Below are positions 27,263 to 39,418 of a stretch of 64,000 bases of DNA, in pieces. The notes beneath the pieces were generated by a model that was not told the DNA's origin, ran no database searches, and was given only the letters and a program-made list of their open reading frames with translations. Source of the DNA: Trueperaceae bacterium (GTDB lineage Bacteria > Deinococcota > Deinococci > Deinococcales > Trueperaceae); the NCBI GenBank assembly GCA_965213705.1, contig OZ243913.1, positions 2,880,001 through 2,944,000 on the forward strand, in the 5' to 3' direction. Positions within the stretch are counted from its first letter, which is position 1. Each line of letters opens with the position of its first letter. The position numbers were made by a program, and so were the translations under genes.

Positions 27263-27955
27263 TCACTGGTAGCTGATGCGCTTGAAAAGACTGGCGGTGA
27301 GGGCGGTCATGTGCTCCTCCATAGCGGCTTTGGCCGCGTCGGGGTCGCGTTCGATGATAGCGTTGGCAACCTGTGCATGTTCCTGCGTGCAGGCGACGAG
27401 CCGCGTAGCGTCGGTTTTGGTGTCGATGTTCGCCAAGTTATGCACCCGGTTTCTGAGTTGGACGACGGTTTCGCCGAGCAGCGGGTTGGGACAGGCAGCT
27501 TTGATGACCTCGTGGTAAACGGCGTCGGCTTTTGCCCAAGCCGCGAGGTCGTGCCGCGCCGCCGCCTCTTCCATTTTTGCCAGCGTAGCTTGTAGGGTTT
27601 CTGCCTGCTCTTCGCTTATCGCCTTGGCCGCCAAGCGGACGAGTTCGGGCTCGAGCAAGGAACGGATATGCACCACGTCGAGCACGTCTTGGATGGTCGA
27701 AGTCGCCACGGTAACCGCCTGACCCGGTGCGGACTCGGCGAGACCTTCTTGCACGAGTTTTTGCAACGCTTCGCGCACCGGCGTCCGGCTGATGCCCAAC
27801 AGTTTAGACAGCCTCGTTTCGGTCAAGGGCTCGCCGGGCTCGAGTTGGGCGTGCCGAATCGCCTCCTTGATGCGCGCGTAGGCGACCTCGCGGCGCGTGG
27901 CCGTTTTGGGAAAGCGGCCGACTTGGTCTGAAAAAAAAGTTTCCAACTTGTCCAT
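27263..27955 (-). CDS. GntR family transcriptional regulator (FadR/FCD subfamily)
   Basis: wHTH ISRTPVREAL; FCD domain with D..YH, N and EH; start MDKLETFF at 27955. Confidence 0.92.
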   Translation of the reverse strand: MDKLETFFSDQVGRFPKTATRREVAYARIKEAIRHAQLEPGEPLTETRLSKLLGISRTPVREALQKLVQEGLAESAPGQAVTVATSTIQDVLDVVHIRSLLEPELVRLAAKAISEEQAETLQATLAKMEEAAARHDLAAWAKADAVYHEVIKAACPNPLLGETVVQLRNRVHNLANIDTKTDATRLVACTQEHAQVANAIIERDPDAAKAAMEEHMTALTASLFKRISYQ

Positions 27956-28067
27956 AGCGTTACCCAGCCACCTAACTCCTCTACGCTCCAATCGAGCCGA
28001 CCAGGCTCGCACCCTCAGACCGACCTTCGCCCGACGTGTCAAGTAGGTCGAGAACAGTATGCGAGTT

Positions 28068-28120
28068 GGATTCAACCTGTATACAGCATCAAAATAAGCC
28101 TTCCAGTTCAGCCTTGTCAA
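28068..28120 (-). promoter_or_regulatory. Leftward promoter (TTGACA-18-TATTTT) with GntR operator A
   Basis: Minus-strand TTGACA 28120-28115 and TATTTT 28096-28091; GGATTCAACCTGTATACAG 28068-28086 contains the CTGTATACAG palindrome. Confidence 0.6.
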
Positions 28121-28200
28121 GGCACGATTGGGGAGCGTACGTCTCTCGCGCCTCAGCTATCAAAACTCGCTCGTACCTGCCTAGGTTAAGGAAAGGTCTG

Positions 28201-28264
28201 TTGACACACCCTCAGCGGACTCGTATAATTGTCGCAGCAATTACAGTATTCAGCTTGTATACAG
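28201..28264 (+). promoter_or_regulatory. Consensus sigma70 promoter with GntR operator B
   Basis: TTGACA 28201-28206, 17-bp spacer, TATAAT 28224-28229; GTATTCAGCTTGTATACAG at 28246-28264. Confidence 0.85.
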
Positions 28265-28392
28265 GGTTGGCCTACGGCTGTAGTTGTCGGTCACCACAGC
28301 GATAAGCGAAGGAGGTAAAAGGTTCAGCTTTGCTGACGCTTCACGTCTTGTTTTCCGTCCCGTTCTCAACACTTTTCAGGAGGTCATACAGC

Positions 28393-29703
28393 ATGAAAAA
28401 ATACTTACTCAGCACTTGGTTGGTCGTTACCCTGTTCAGCCTCGCCACCGCCCAGGTCGACGAACTCACTATCTGGTGGGCCGAGTGGGACCCGGCGAAT
28501 TACTTGCAGCAACTCGTCAACGAGTACACCGAAGAAACCGGGGTCGCGGTCAACGTGGTGCAGGAACCCTGGGGCAGCTACTACGACCGCGTCGCCGCCG
28601 AGTGGGCCGCGCAGGGCGACTCGTTCGACCTCGTCGTGGGCGACAGCCAGTGGCTCGGGCAGGGGGTCGAAGAGGGTCACTACGTCGACATGACCGACTT
28701 TTTGACGAGCACCGGCATTGCCGACACGGTCACTGAAGCCACGCTGACCTACTACAGCGAATACCCTATCGGCAGCGGCAACTACTACGCCTTTCCCACC
28801 GAGGGCGACGCCAACGGCTTCGCCTATCGCCAAGACCTGTTCGAAGACCCGGAAGAGATGGCCGCGTTCGAAGAACAGTATGGCTATCCGCTGGCAGTAC
28901 CGGAAACCTGGGCGCAACTGCGCGACATCGCCGAGTTTTTCTACCGGCCCGACGAAGGGCTTTACGGCGTCGGCGTCTACACCCAAGTCGACTACGACGC
29001 GATTACGATGGGCTTTGAAAACGTCCTGTTCAGCTACGGCGCGGACTGGAAAAATGAAGACAACGAAGTGCTGGACGTCATCAACTCGCCCGAAGCGGTC
29101 GCGGCCCTGGAACTCTACAAGGAGCTTTACAGCTTCGCGCCGCCCGGCTCCAACAACGCTTTTTTCGCTGAGATGAACGACCTCTACATCAACGGGCAAG
29201 TGGCGATGGTGATGAACTACTTCGCTTTCTTCCCGGCGCTGGACAACAGTGAAATCAACCCCTACCGCGACGTGACCGGCTACTTCGCCATGCCCGAGGG
29301 GCCGACCGGTGAGCGCTTTGCGGCGCTGGGCGGCCAGGGCACGAGCGTCAACGCCTACATCAGCGACGAGCGCAAGCAAGCGGCGCTGGACTTTTTGGCG
29401 TGGTTCGCGCAACCCGAGGTACAAGCGCGTTGGGCCGAATTGGGCGGCTACACCAACAACAAAGAAGTGCTGCAGTCCGAGGCGTTTTTGAACCAAACCC
29501 CTTACAACGAAGCCTTTGCCCAGAGCATGACCTTTGTCAAAGACTTCTGGAACATCCCGCAGTTCGGGCAGTTGCTCGAGCCCGCCCAACGCTACTTGCA
29601 CAGCTACATCGTCGGCAACGAGGGCACGGCTGAGGAAGCCTTGAACGGTATGGCCTTCGAGCAGGACGAAGTCCTCATCGACAGCGGCGTCATCGACGAG
29701 TAG
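28393..29703 (+). CDS. Sugar ABC transporter substrate-binding protein
   Basis: Signal peptide MKKYLLSTW..TAQ, AGGAGG RBS, YRQDLF, PETWAQL. Confidence 0.93.
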   Translation: MKKYLLSTWLVVTLFSLATAQVDELTIWWAEWDPANYLQQLVNEYTEETGVAVNVVQEPWGSYYDRVAAEWAAQGDSFDLVVGDSQWLGQGVEEGHYVDMTDFLTSTGIADTVTEATLTYYSEYPIGSGNYYAFPTEGDANGFAYRQDLFEDPEEMAAFEEQYGYPLAVPETWAQLRDIAEFFYRPDEGLYGVGVYTQVDYDAITMGFENVLFSYGADWKNEDNEVLDVINSPEAVAALELYKELYSFAPPGSNNAFFAEMNDLYINGQVAMVMNYFAFFPALDNSEINPYRDVTGYFAMPEGPTGERFAALGGQGTSVNAYISDERKQAALDFLAWFAQPEVQARWAELGGYTNNKEVLQSEAFLNQTPYNEAFAQSMTFVKDFWNIPQFGQLLEPAQRYLHSYIVGNEGTAEEALNGMAFEQDEVLIDSGVIDE

Positions 29704-29715
29704 ACCGTCATGATT

Positions 29716-29748
29716 TGAGAGATAGGGTTTGGTAAACCCTATCTCTCA
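29716..29748. terminator. Perfect 15-bp stem-loop after the SBP gene (mRNA stabiliser/attenuator)
   Basis: TGAGAGATAGGGTTT-GGT-AAACCCTATCTCTCA. Confidence 0.7.
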
Positions 29749-29815
29749 TGTTCAATCTTCGTCCCGACAACAAAGTCCTATCCCACAACGCAGCCCCAGC
29801 CAACAACGGAGTCCC

Positions 29816-30742
29816 ATGAGCCTGACAGCCTCGAGCACGACCCCTACCAAACCCAAAACACGCCGCCAGTTGAGCGACCGCTCGATTATGCTCCTGTTCA
29901 TCTTGCCGACCATGATTATTCTCGTGCTGATGAACGTGTATCCTCTCTTTTACAGCCTTTATTTGAGCTTTACCGAGTATTCGGTGATCTCCGCGACGCC
30001 GCCCAAGTGGGTGGGGCTCGAGAACTACACGACGATTTTGAACGACGCAAGATTCTGGAAACACTTCGCCATCACCGGGGAATACGCGGTGCTGTCGGTG
30101 GGTTTGCAGATGATTGTGGGCTTCGGGCTGGCGCTGCTCATCAAAGACAAGTTTTTCGGCAGCGGCATCGTCACCACGCTCATTCTCGTGCCGATGATGC
30201 TCTCGCCTATCGTCGTCGGCGTGTTTTGGCGCTTGATGTTCAACCCGTCCTACGGGATTTTCAACTACCTGCTCGGCTACACCAACATCAACACCGCGCC
30301 GCAGTGGCTGGCGAGTCCGACGCTCGCCCTGCTCGCCATCGTCATCGTGGACGTGTGGATGTGGAGTCCGTTCGTGATGCTGTTGTCGCTGGCGGGCTTG
30401 AGCGCCATTCCCAATTATCTTTATGAAGCGGCGGCCATCGACCGGGCGGGGCCGTGGTTCGTGTTTCGGCGTATCACGCTGCCGCAAGTGATGCCGCTGC
30501 TCTTAATCGCCGTGCTGTTTCGCACCATCGAGGCGTTGAAGCAGTTCGACCTCGTCATGGGCATTACCGGGGGCGGTCCCGGCGACGCGACCGAAACGAT
30601 TTCGGTGCGGCTGTACCGCGAAGCGTTTCAGGGACAGTTCGACACCGGGCTCTCGAGCGCGCTGGCCTACGTCGTTTTAATCGTCATCGTCGCGGTCAGC
30701 AACCTCTATATCCGGCAGCTCAACAAAGCGAGGGAAGCCTGA
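29816..30742 (+). CDS. Carbohydrate ABC transporter permease
   Basis: WVGLENY, LYEAAAIDRA, TGGGPG. Confidence 0.92.
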   Translation: MSLTASSTTPTKPKTRRQLSDRSIMLLFILPTMIILVLMNVYPLFYSLYLSFTEYSVISATPPKWVGLENYTTILNDARFWKHFAITGEYAVLSVGLQMIVGFGLALLIKDKFFGSGIVTTLILVPMMLSPIVVGVFWRLMFNPSYGIFNYLLGYTNINTAPQWLASPTLALLAIVIVDVWMWSPFVMLLSLAGLSAIPNYLYEAAAIDRAGPWFVFRRITLPQVMPLLLIAVLFRTIEALKQFDLVMGITGGGPGDATETISVRLYREAFQGQFDTGLSSALAYVVLIVIVAVSNLYIRQLNKAREA

Positions 30743-31737
30743 TGGTGAGGAGCCCCGCAGCCCCCAAAACGCCGGTCACGGTTTCGACCAGGGTCGACAA
30801 AGTCGGCGCGCGGCCCCGAACGCTACGCGCTATCCGCGCGACCTTCGCCGTCGTCGCCATGCTGATTATGCTGCTACCCGCCGTGTGGATGGGGATGACC
30901 GCGTTCAAGTCGCGCCCGGACGCGGTTTCGGTGCCGCCGAAAGTGTTTTTCGAACCGACCCTGGAGGGCTTCGTCAGCTTGCTCACGCAGCGCCGACAGT
31001 TGACCGGCGGGGAACTAGAGACCTACAAAGCTCGAGACGACCTCAACTGGGCCGACAAGCTCGCGCTCAAACGCGGCCAGGCGATTATCGGCTACAGCGA
31101 CTTTTTGAAGTTTTTGGGCAACTCCTTCATCATCTCGACGGTGTCAACTTTTTTCTCCATCTTTTTCGGCGTCCTCACCGCTTACGCGTTCAGCCGCTTC
31201 AAGGTGCGGGGTGAGAACGACCTGATGTTTTTTATCTTGAGTACCCGGATGCTGCCGCCCGTGGTCGTGACCATCCCCATCTTTTTGATGTACCGCGCGC
31301 TCGGTCTGTACGACACGCACCTCGGGATGATTTTGCTGTACACGGCTTTCAATTTATCGTTCGCGGTGTGGCTTTTGAAAGGCTTTATCGACGAGATTCC
31401 CAGGGAGTACGAAGAAGCCGCGCTCGTCGACGGCTACACGCGGCTGCAAGCCTTTCGCAAAATCGTCTTGCCGCAGTCCATGACCGGCATCGCGGCGACG
31501 ACCGTGTTTTCGTTCATCTTCGCCTGGAACGAGTACGCTTTCGCGCTGATGTTGACGAGCAGCGTCGCCCGAACTGCGCCGCCGAGCTTGCCGTCGCGCA
31601 TCGGCACGGGCGGGGTCGAGTGGGCGGCGATTGCGGCGGGGTCGCTGGCGTTTTTGATTCCCGTAGTGATTCTGACCTTCGCTTTACGCAAGCACCTCCT
31701 CCGCGGCGTCACTTTCGGCGCGATTCGGAAAGGTTGA
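30742..31737 (+). CDS. Carbohydrate ABC transporter permease
   Basis: YEEAALVDG, WNEY; ATG overlaps the upstream TGA. Confidence 0.92.
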   Translation: MVRSPAAPKTPVTVSTRVDKVGARPRTLRAIRATFAVVAMLIMLLPAVWMGMTAFKSRPDAVSVPPKVFFEPTLEGFVSLLTQRRQLTGGELETYKARDDLNWADKLALKRGQAIIGYSDFLKFLGNSFIISTVSTFFSIFFGVLTAYAFSRFKVRGENDLMFFILSTRMLPPVVVTIPIFLMYRALGLYDTHLGMILLYTAFNLSFAVWLLKGFIDEIPREYEEAALVDGYTRLQAFRKIVLPQSMTGIAATTVFSFIFAWNEYAFALMLTSSVARTAPPSLPSRIGTGGVEWAAIAAGSLAFLIPVVILTFALRKHLLRGVTFGAIRKG

Positions 31738-31740
31738 GGC

Positions 31741-32831
31741 GTGGCGACGATTCGCTTGCAGGGGGTCGAAAAGCGTTTCGACGACGCTTACGCGGTCAAA
31801 CCACTCGATTTGACGATTAACGACGGCGAGTTCGTGGTGCTCCTCGGCCCCTCGGGTTGCGGCAAGACGACGACGCTGCGGATGATTTCGGGTTTGGAGG
31901 CCGTCAGCGGCGGCGTCATCACCTTCGACGGCGAGGACGTGACCTGGAACTCGCCGAGCGACCGGGACATCGCTTTCGTGTTTCAGTTTTTCGCGCTGTA
32001 CTCGCACATGACCTGCGGGGAGAACATCGCCTTTCCACTGCAAGCGCGGGGCGAGCCCAAAGACGAGATTCAGCGCCGCGTGCAAGAGGTGGCGAAACTG
32101 CTCCGCATCGGGCACTTGCTGAACAAGCGCCCCGGCGGGCTGTCCGGCGGCGACCAGCAGCGGGTGGCGCTGGCGCGGGCACTGGTCCGCAACCCGGCCG
32201 CCTTCATGATGGACGAACCCCTCGGCGCGCTCGACGCCGAGTTTCGCGAGGCGATGCGGGCCGAAATCAAGCGGCTGCACATCGAACAGGGTGCGACCAC
32301 CGTTTACGTCACGCACGACCAGGTCGAGGCGATGGCGATGGGCGACAAAATCGTGGTGATGTCGGCGGCTGAAATCCAGCAGGTCGGCAGCCCTTTAGAT
32401 GTTTACTACGACCCGGCGAACCTCTTCGTCGCCCGCTTTATCGGCAGTCCGGGGATGAACTTGCTGACCGGACACTTCGAGGACGGTGCGGTGCGTTTTG
32501 CTGATGGCGCTGTTTACTGCCCCCCGGCCGAGTGGCAACCGAGTTTGCGCGAGGCGGTGGGAACGGGCGAGGTCGTCGTGGGTTTTCGACCCGAGGCGGT
32601 GCGCTTGCACGACGGGCCGCTGAGCGCCGCAGTGGTTACGAATGAACTGCACGGCGGTTACCGAGTCGTCCATTTAGATGTCGGCGGGGAAATCGTCCAC
32701 GCTCGAGGCGACCGCCACACCCGCTACGGGCGCGGCGACCGAGTTGCGTTCGACTTGGAGCCCGACCAGGTACGCTTTTTCAACCCGGCGACCGAGCGGG
32801 CACTGGTTAAGGAAACGCGCAAGGTGTCGGC

Positions 32832-32835
<4 letters not shown>
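31741..32835 (+). CDS. ABC transporter ATP-binding protein (MalK-like)
   Basis: GPSGCGKTT, LSGGDQQR, MDEPL, YVTHDQ. Confidence 0.95.
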
Positions 32836-33892
<1,057 letters not shown>

Positions 33893-33896
<4 letters not shown>

Positions 33897-34744
33897 CTTT
33901 CGGCGTCAACACCTGGGTTTGGGTCTCCCCCACCACGACCGAGCGCTTGACCGAACTCGCGCCCAAGGTCAAAGGGATGGGCTTCGACCTTATCGAAATC
34001 GGGATTGAGGATGAAAGCGCGCTCGAGTACACCCAAGCCACCGACATCCTGCGCGACCACGGTTTAGCCGTAAGCCTCACCGCGGCGATGAGCCCGGACC
34101 GGGATTTACTTTTGAAAGAAACGGAGCAACAGGGCGTAGCGTATATCAAACACTGCATCGACGCCTGCCACACCCTCGGCGGCAGCGTCGTGGCGGGGCC
34201 GATGTACTCGGCAGTGGGGCGCGTTTGGGAAGCGACACCGGAAAGCCGGGAGCGTGAGACCGAAACCCTCGTTACGCACCTAAAACAACTCGCCGAGTAC
34301 GCGCACGACCGCGGCGTCGTCCTCTGCGTCGAGCCCTTAAACCGTCTTGAGACGAGCTTCATCAACACGACCGAGCAGATAAACGAGATTATCGACCGCG
34401 TCGGACATGAGGCTTGCAAAGTTCTACTCGACACCTTTCACATGAACATCGAAGAAAAGTCCCTCGGCGACGCCATTCGTGCCTGCGGGCTGCGCTTGGG
34501 ACACTTTCACGCCTGCGAGAACGACCGGGGTGCGCCCGGTAGCGGCAACGTGACCTGGGCTGAGGTCGCTGCGGCGTTGCGCGACGTTCATTATGACGGT
34601 GCCGTGGTCATCGAATCGTTTACCAGTGAGGTCAAGTCAATTGCAAAGGCCGCCGCCATCTGGCGCGCCTTCGAGCCGAGTCAGGACGCGCTCGCCGAAA
34701 ACGGTCTGGCGTTTTTGAAAGAACTGCTCGAGGCGCAGGCGTGA
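33893..34744 (+). CDS. Sugar phosphate isomerase/epimerase (D-psicose/D-tagatose 3-epimerase family)
   Basis: EPLNRLET, LDTFHMNIEE, FHACENDRG.PG, VIESF, AIWR. Confidence 0.9.
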
Positions 34745-35946
34745 AGACGGTTCTCCTCATCGGCACGCTCGACACCAAGGGGGAAGAATACGCCTTTGTC
34801 CGCGACCTCATTCAAGAACGCGGACACGACGTTCTGATGATGAACACAGGCATTTTCCCTACTGACTCGAGCGCGGACATTACGCCTGAAGAGGTGGGCC
34901 AGGCGGGCGGCGGCGACCTAGCCGAGTTGCGAAAAGCTGAAGACCGCGGCGCGGCGATGTCGGTCATGGAGCGGGGCGTGGCGGTTTTGACAAAAGAGCT
35001 GTTCGAGGCGGGGCGCATCGACGCCGTCCTCGGCCTAGGCGGCTCGGGCGGGACGATTCTCGCCACCGCCGGGATGCGCGCCCTCCCCGTCGGCGTGCCG
35101 AAAATCATGGTCTCGACCGTGGCCTCGGGCGACGTGGCTCCTTATGTCGGCGTCAAAGACATCGCCATGCTGTATTCGGTCGTGGACATCGCGGGGCTTA
35201 ACCGCCTGTCGCGAAAAGTGCTCGGCGACGCCGTCGGCATGGTTTGCGGCGCGCTCGAGCAAAGCGTCCCGGAGCAGGAGACAAAACCTCTCATCGCCGC
35301 GACGATGTTCGGCGTGACGACGCCCGCCGTGACCAAAGTGCGGGAACAGCTCGAGGCCGCCGGTTACGAGGTCGTCGTGTTCCACGCCACCGGCAGCGGC
35401 GGGCGGGCGATGGAGGGACTGGTCGAAGACGGCTTCGTCAGCGCCGTCGCCGACCTCACCACCACCGAACTCGCCGACGAGCTTGTCGGCGGCGTGCTCT
35501 CCGCCGGGCCGGAACGCTTGGAAGCAGCGGGCGCACAGGATATCCCGCAGGTCGTGTCGGTGGGCGCGCTCGACATGGTGAACTTTTGGGCGTTCGAGAC
35601 GGTTCCAGACAGGTTTCGTGACCGCAATCTTTACCGGCACAACGACAACGTGACCCTCATGCGCACCACGCCGGAGGAAAATCGCGACCTCGGGCGTATC
35701 CTCGCCGAAAAGCTCAACCGGGCCACCGGGGAAACCGTCCTCGTGCTGCCGCTGCGCGGCGTGAGCATGATAGACGCCGAGGGGCAACCGTTTCATTCAC
35801 CCGAAGCGGATGAAGCGCTGTTCGGCGCGTTGCGCGACCATCTCAATGACCGTGTGAAGGTGCTCGAGCTTGACGCCCACATCAACGACGACGCCTTTGC
35901 CGAAGCGTACACAAAAGAACTGTTAGCACTCCTGGAGGACAAATAA
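34741..35946 (+). CDS. Tm-1-like ATP-binding domain protein (UPF0261), paralogue 2
   Basis: [50 protein letters not shown]. Confidence 0.92.
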   Translation: MKTVLLIGTLDTKGEEYAFVRDLIQERGHDVLMMNTGIFPTDSSADITPEEVGQAGGGDLAELRKAEDRGAAMSVMERGVAVLTKELFEAGRIDAVLGLGGSGGTILATAGMRALPVGVPKIMVSTVASGDVAPYVGVKDIAMLYSVVDIAGLNRLSRKVLGDAVGMVCGALEQSVPEQETKPLIAATMFGVTTPAVTKVREQLEAAGYEVVVFHATGSGGRAMEGLVEDGFVSAVADLTTTELADELVGGVLSAGPERLEAAGAQDIPQVVSVGALDMVNFWAFETVPDRFRDRNLYRHNDNVTLMRTTPEENRDLGRILAEKLNRATGETVLVLPLRGVSMIDAEGQPFHSPEADEALFGALRDHLNDRVKVLELDAHINDDAFAEAYTKELLALLEDK

Positions 35947-36773
35947 TGCCGTTTATCCCACGGGCCGAAGCTTTGAGGCGTCTCCGTGCCCAGGTCGAGG
36001 CGCAAAAACCCATCATCGGGGCTGGGGCCGGGACGGGGATTTCGGCCAAGTTCGCCGAGCGGGGCGGCGTCGACATCATCATCTACAACTCCGGGCGCTA
36101 CCGCATGGCGGGGCGGGGCTCGCTGGCGGGACTCATGCCCTATGGCGACGCCAACGCCATCGTGATGGACATGGGCCGCGAGGTGCTGCCGGTCGTCGAG
36201 GACACGCTGGTGCTGGCGGGCGTGTGCGGCACCGACCCGTTTCGGATGATGGGGCGCTTTTTGCAAGAGGTCAAAGACGCGGGCTTCGACGGGGTGCAGA
36301 ACTTCCCGACGGTCGGCCTCATCGACGGGACACTCCGCACCGGCTTGGAGGAAACCGGCATGGGCTACGCGCTCGAGGTCGAGATGATTCGTCAAGCGCA
36401 CGACCTGGACCTTCTCACCTGCCCTTACGTGTTCGACCCGGAAGATGCGAGGGCGATGACGAAGGCCGGGGCCGACTTCCTCGTCGCCCACATGGGACTG
36501 ACGGCGAAAGGCTCCATCGGCGCGACGACCGCCCTCACGCTGGACGAGAGCGCCGCGCGGATTCAGGCCATCCACGACGCCGCTAAAGAAGTTCGAGACG
36601 ACATACTGGTGATTTGCCACGGCGGCCCCATCGCCGAGCCCGAGGACGCGCAATATATCCTCGAGCACACCGAAGGAATCGTGGGCTTTTTCGGGGCCTC
36701 GAGCATCGAACGCCTCGCCACCGAGACGGCGATTGAAGCACAAGCCGCCAAGTTTAAGGCCCTCAAAGTTTAG
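35946..36773 (+). CDS. Phosphoenolpyruvate-hydrolase-family TIM-barrel protein
   Basis: [58 protein letters not shown]. Confidence 0.92.
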   Translation: MPFIPRAEALRRLRAQVEAQKPIIGAGAGTGISAKFAERGGVDIIIYNSGRYRMAGRGSLAGLMPYGDANAIVMDMGREVLPVVEDTLVLAGVCGTDPFRMMGRFLQEVKDAGFDGVQNFPTVGLIDGTLRTGLEETGMGYALEVEMIRQAHDLDLLTCPYVFDPEDARAMTKAGADFLVAHMGLTAKGSIGATTALTLDESAARIQAIHDAAKEVRDDILVICHGGPIAEPEDAQYILEHTEGIVGFFGASSIERLATETAIEAQAAKFKALKV

Positions 36774-36776
36774 GAG

Positions 36777-37193
36777 ATGCCCGTGAAACGAATAGGCAGC
36801 TGCACCGTGACCCGCGCCGACGATGTCGACACGCTCGCGTTCGACTGGGGCAAAATTCACATGCTGAGTGAGGCGCGGGTGACCGGCGCGCAATCGTTCA
36901 GCTTCGGCCTGGTCGAACTTACCGCCGGCCAAGGCCACGTGCGGCACAATCATCCTACGGCAGACGAGGTCATCTATGTCCTGTCCGGCGAGGGTGAGCA
37001 GATGCTGGACGACAAAGACACCGTGCCGGTCAAAGCCGGTGACTGCATCTGGATTCCCAAAGGCGTCTACCACTCCACCGTCAACCGGGGCGAGGATGCC
37101 ATGCGCCTCATCGTCGTCTACGCCCCCGCCGGGGCCGAACAAGCCTTGCGCGAAGACTCGAGCGTCAACATTGTCCCGGCCGAAGGAGGCTGA
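36777..37193 (+). CDS. Cupin domain protein
   Basis: H.H...DE..YVLSG.G and IPKGVYH cupin motifs. Confidence 0.88.
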   Translation: MPVKRIGSCTVTRADDVDTLAFDWGKIHMLSEARVTGAQSFSFGLVELTAGQGHVRHNHPTADEVIYVLSGEGEQMLDDKDTVPVKAGDCIWIPKGVYHSTVNRGEDAMRLIVVYAPAGAEQALREDSSVNIVPAEGG

Positions 37194-37197
37194 GGCC

Positions 37198-37995
37198 GTG
37201 CAAGCGAGTGCGCCGCGAAGCAAGTACCGGGGGCCTGTCGTGTGGCTGGGCGGCTCGGCCCTGGTCGCCTTTTTAATCGGCCTCGTCTTTATCCCCTTCA
37301 GCCGCGCCGTGCTCTCCGAAGCGGCGCGGCGCGAGGTCATCGTTCAGGCGATTCCTTTCGTGGCTATTTTCTTGGGCGTTCTGCTGCTTTTTATCCTGAG
37401 CGTCGCCCTCGTTGGGCTGCGCTGGCACCTGCTCGTACCCGCTCGAACACACCGTGCGGTGGAGTTTACGACGATTGTGGGCATCGTCGCGGGCATCTTC
37501 TTCTTGTTCCAGCCCTGGCACCTTGCCCCCTACCACTACGGCTTCGGGATGCTTCTAGGGGCAACTCTGGCGTTTATCGTCTGGAGCCACATTGCGCCGC
37601 GCGGGTCAAAAGACGACGCGCTGTTGCCGCCTTTTACGAGGCGGGCGACCGTCGTGGGGATTTTGGCTGCACTTCTCCTGTCGGGAGCTATTTTCGCCTA
37701 TTACGCCGTCGACGCGCAGCCTGCAGAGCCGTACGGGATGCGGGCGCGGCGCTGGGCGACGCTGAGCGAGGCGCAACAAGCGGAAGTGGTCGCCGCGGCC
37801 GCGACGGACTACCGCCGAATCTACCTGCCGTTTTTGGCTCTTTACAGCCTCATTCCCGGTTTCGCCGTCTTTTTCATCGTGCGGGAGGCACTGACGCCTA
37901 AGGCTAAGCTCGAGCCCCACCCGGAACCCGGCCCGGAGCACGGCCCGCCCCACACCGTGGCCGAACTCGAGGGCACACAGCCCCGTCAGCCGTGA
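37198..37995 (+). CDS. Hypothetical multi-pass membrane protein
   Basis: About 6-7 hydrophobic segments; GTG start just after the cupin stop. Confidence 0.7.
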   Translation: MQASAPRSKYRGPVVWLGGSALVAFLIGLVFIPFSRAVLSEAARREVIVQAIPFVAIFLGVLLLFILSVALVGLRWHLLVPARTHRAVEFTTIVGIVAGIFFLFQPWHLAPYHYGFGMLLGATLAFIVWSHIAPRGSKDDALLPPFTRRATVVGILAALLLSGAIFAYYAVDAQPAEPYGMRARRWATLSEAQQAEVVAAAATDYRRIYLPFLALYSLIPGFAVFFIVREALTPKAKLEPHPEPGPEHGPPHTVAELEGTQPRQP

Positions 37996-38049
37996 CTGGG
38001 CCTAGACAGGACAGCGGAGGTGCGGCTAAAAGGTTTCGACTTTGCTTTC

Positions 38050-38090
38050 CACTTTTCACTCGGTACTTTTCACTCGGTACTTGGTACTTT
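38050..38090. repeat. CACTCGGTAC-type dispersed repeat, copy 3 (14-bp tandem)
   Basis: CACTTTTCACTCGGTACTTTTCACTCGGTACTTGGTACTTT. Confidence 0.7.
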
Positions 38091-38138
38091 CTCCGTCTAG
38101 CATGAGGCTATAATCTCGTCAACCTATGGGAGGTAACC

Positions 38139-39143
38139 ATGCCAAGACCCGTCACCCTGTTCACCGGCCAATGGGCCGACTTGCCCCTGAAAGAGCTTGC
38201 CCCGCTCGCCAAAGAGATGGGCTACGACGGCCTCGAGCTAGCTTGTTGGGGCGACCACTTCGACGTGCAAAAGGCGCTTCAAGACGGTAAGTATGTGCAA
38301 GGTCGCTGGGACATCTTGAACGAGCATGGCTTGAAGTGCTTCGCCATCAGCAACCACCTCGTCGGGCAAGCGGTCTGCGACCCCATCGACGAGCGCCACA
38401 AAGCGATTGTGCCCGAGCACGTCTGGGGTGACGGCGACCCGGAAGGCGTGCGGCAACGCGCAGCCGAGGAGATGAAGGACACCGCTAGGGCTGCTGCTAA
38501 ATTCGGCGTCAAAGTCGTGCCGGGCTTTACGGGTTCGTCCATCTGGCACTCGATTTATGCGTTTCCGCCGACCGGTCAAGACTATTGGGACAAGGGTTTT
38601 GAGGATTTCGGCACACGTTGGATGCCGATTCTCGAGGTGTTCGAAGAAGAGGGTATCAACTTCGCCCTAGAAGTCCACCCGACCGAAATCGCCTTTGATA
38701 TTGCCTCGGCAGAGCGGGCGCTGGAAGCAGTTAACAACCACAGACGCTTCGGTTTCAACTACGACCCCTCGCATCTCGGTTATCAAGGCGTGGACTACGT
38801 GAAGTTTATCCGCACCTTCCCCGACCGCATTTTCCACGTCCACATGAAGGACGCCTGGTGGGGCCACGGCACGGGCGAGGCGGGCGTGTTCGGCGGGCAC
38901 ACGACCTTCGGCGACGCGCGGCGCTACTGGGACTTTCGCAGCGTGGGGCGGGGGGACGTGAACTTTGAGGAGATTATCGTGGCGCTGAACGACATCGGTT
39001 ATGACGGGCCGCTAAGCATCGAGTGGGAGGACTCGAGAATGGACCGGGTTCACGGCGGCACCGAGTCGGCGGCGTTTACGAAGCGGCTCGACTTTGCGCC
39101 CTCGAGTACGGCGTTCGATGCGGCGTTTGAAAAAAAGGAGTAG
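38139..39143 (+). CDS. Sugar phosphate isomerase/epimerase (IolE/AP-endonuclease-2 TIM barrel)
   Basis: [40 protein letters not shown] at 38109 and GGAGG RBS. Confidence 0.9.
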   Translation: MPRPVTLFTGQWADLPLKELAPLAKEMGYDGLELACWGDHFDVQKALQDGKYVQGRWDILNEHGLKCFAISNHLVGQAVCDPIDERHKAIVPEHVWGDGDPEGVRQRAAEEMKDTARAAAKFGVKVVPGFTGSSIWHSIYAFPPTGQDYWDKGFEDFGTRWMPILEVFEEEGINFALEVHPTEIAFDIASAERALEAVNNHRRFGFNYDPSHLGYQGVDYVKFIRTFPDRIFHVHMKDAWWGHGTGEAGVFGGHTTFGDARRYWDFRSVGRGDVNFEEIIVALNDIGYDGPLSIEWEDSRMDRVHGGTESAAFTKRLDFAPSSTAFDAAFEKKE

Positions 39144-39155
39144 CATTCACGAGCA

Positions 39156-39389
39156 ATGACTTCGACGCTAACCAGCAACGGACGAATCACGATTCCCAAA
39201 GCTATTCGTGACCAGTTGGAACTGCGTGAGGGCGACCGGCTCGAGTTCGTCCTCTACCCGGACGGCACCCTCTCACTCATCCCCAAAACCCATGATGTCC
39301 GCGAGTTGCAAGGCAGCTTGCCCCCACCTGTCAGGGCGCTGACCCTTGAGCAAATGGACGAGGTTCTCGGTAAAAGAGCAGCAAAATAG
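39156..39389 (+). CDS. AbrB/MazE/SpoVT family antitoxin-like protein
   Basis: LTSNGRITIPKAIRDQLEL.EGD.LEF swapped-hairpin signature. Confidence 0.88.
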   Translation: MTSTLTSNGRITIPKAIRDQLELREGDRLEFVLYPDGTLSLIPKTHDVRELQGSLPPPVRALTLEQMDEVLGKRAAK

Positions 39390-39418
39390 TTTCACCAGAA
39401 GGTGATAGGCTTTCAACT

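Noticed and set aside
36068..36090. PEP-hydrolase protein seems one residue short (VDIIIYNSG) at an ATC triplet run
   Set aside because: In frame; cannot separate natural variation from assembly slippage without an alignment
35793..37340. Long antisense ORFs (e.g. 515 aa here, also 28405-29601 and 61458-62741)
   Set aside because: Typical reverse-strand shadows of GC-rich genes with no domain motifs
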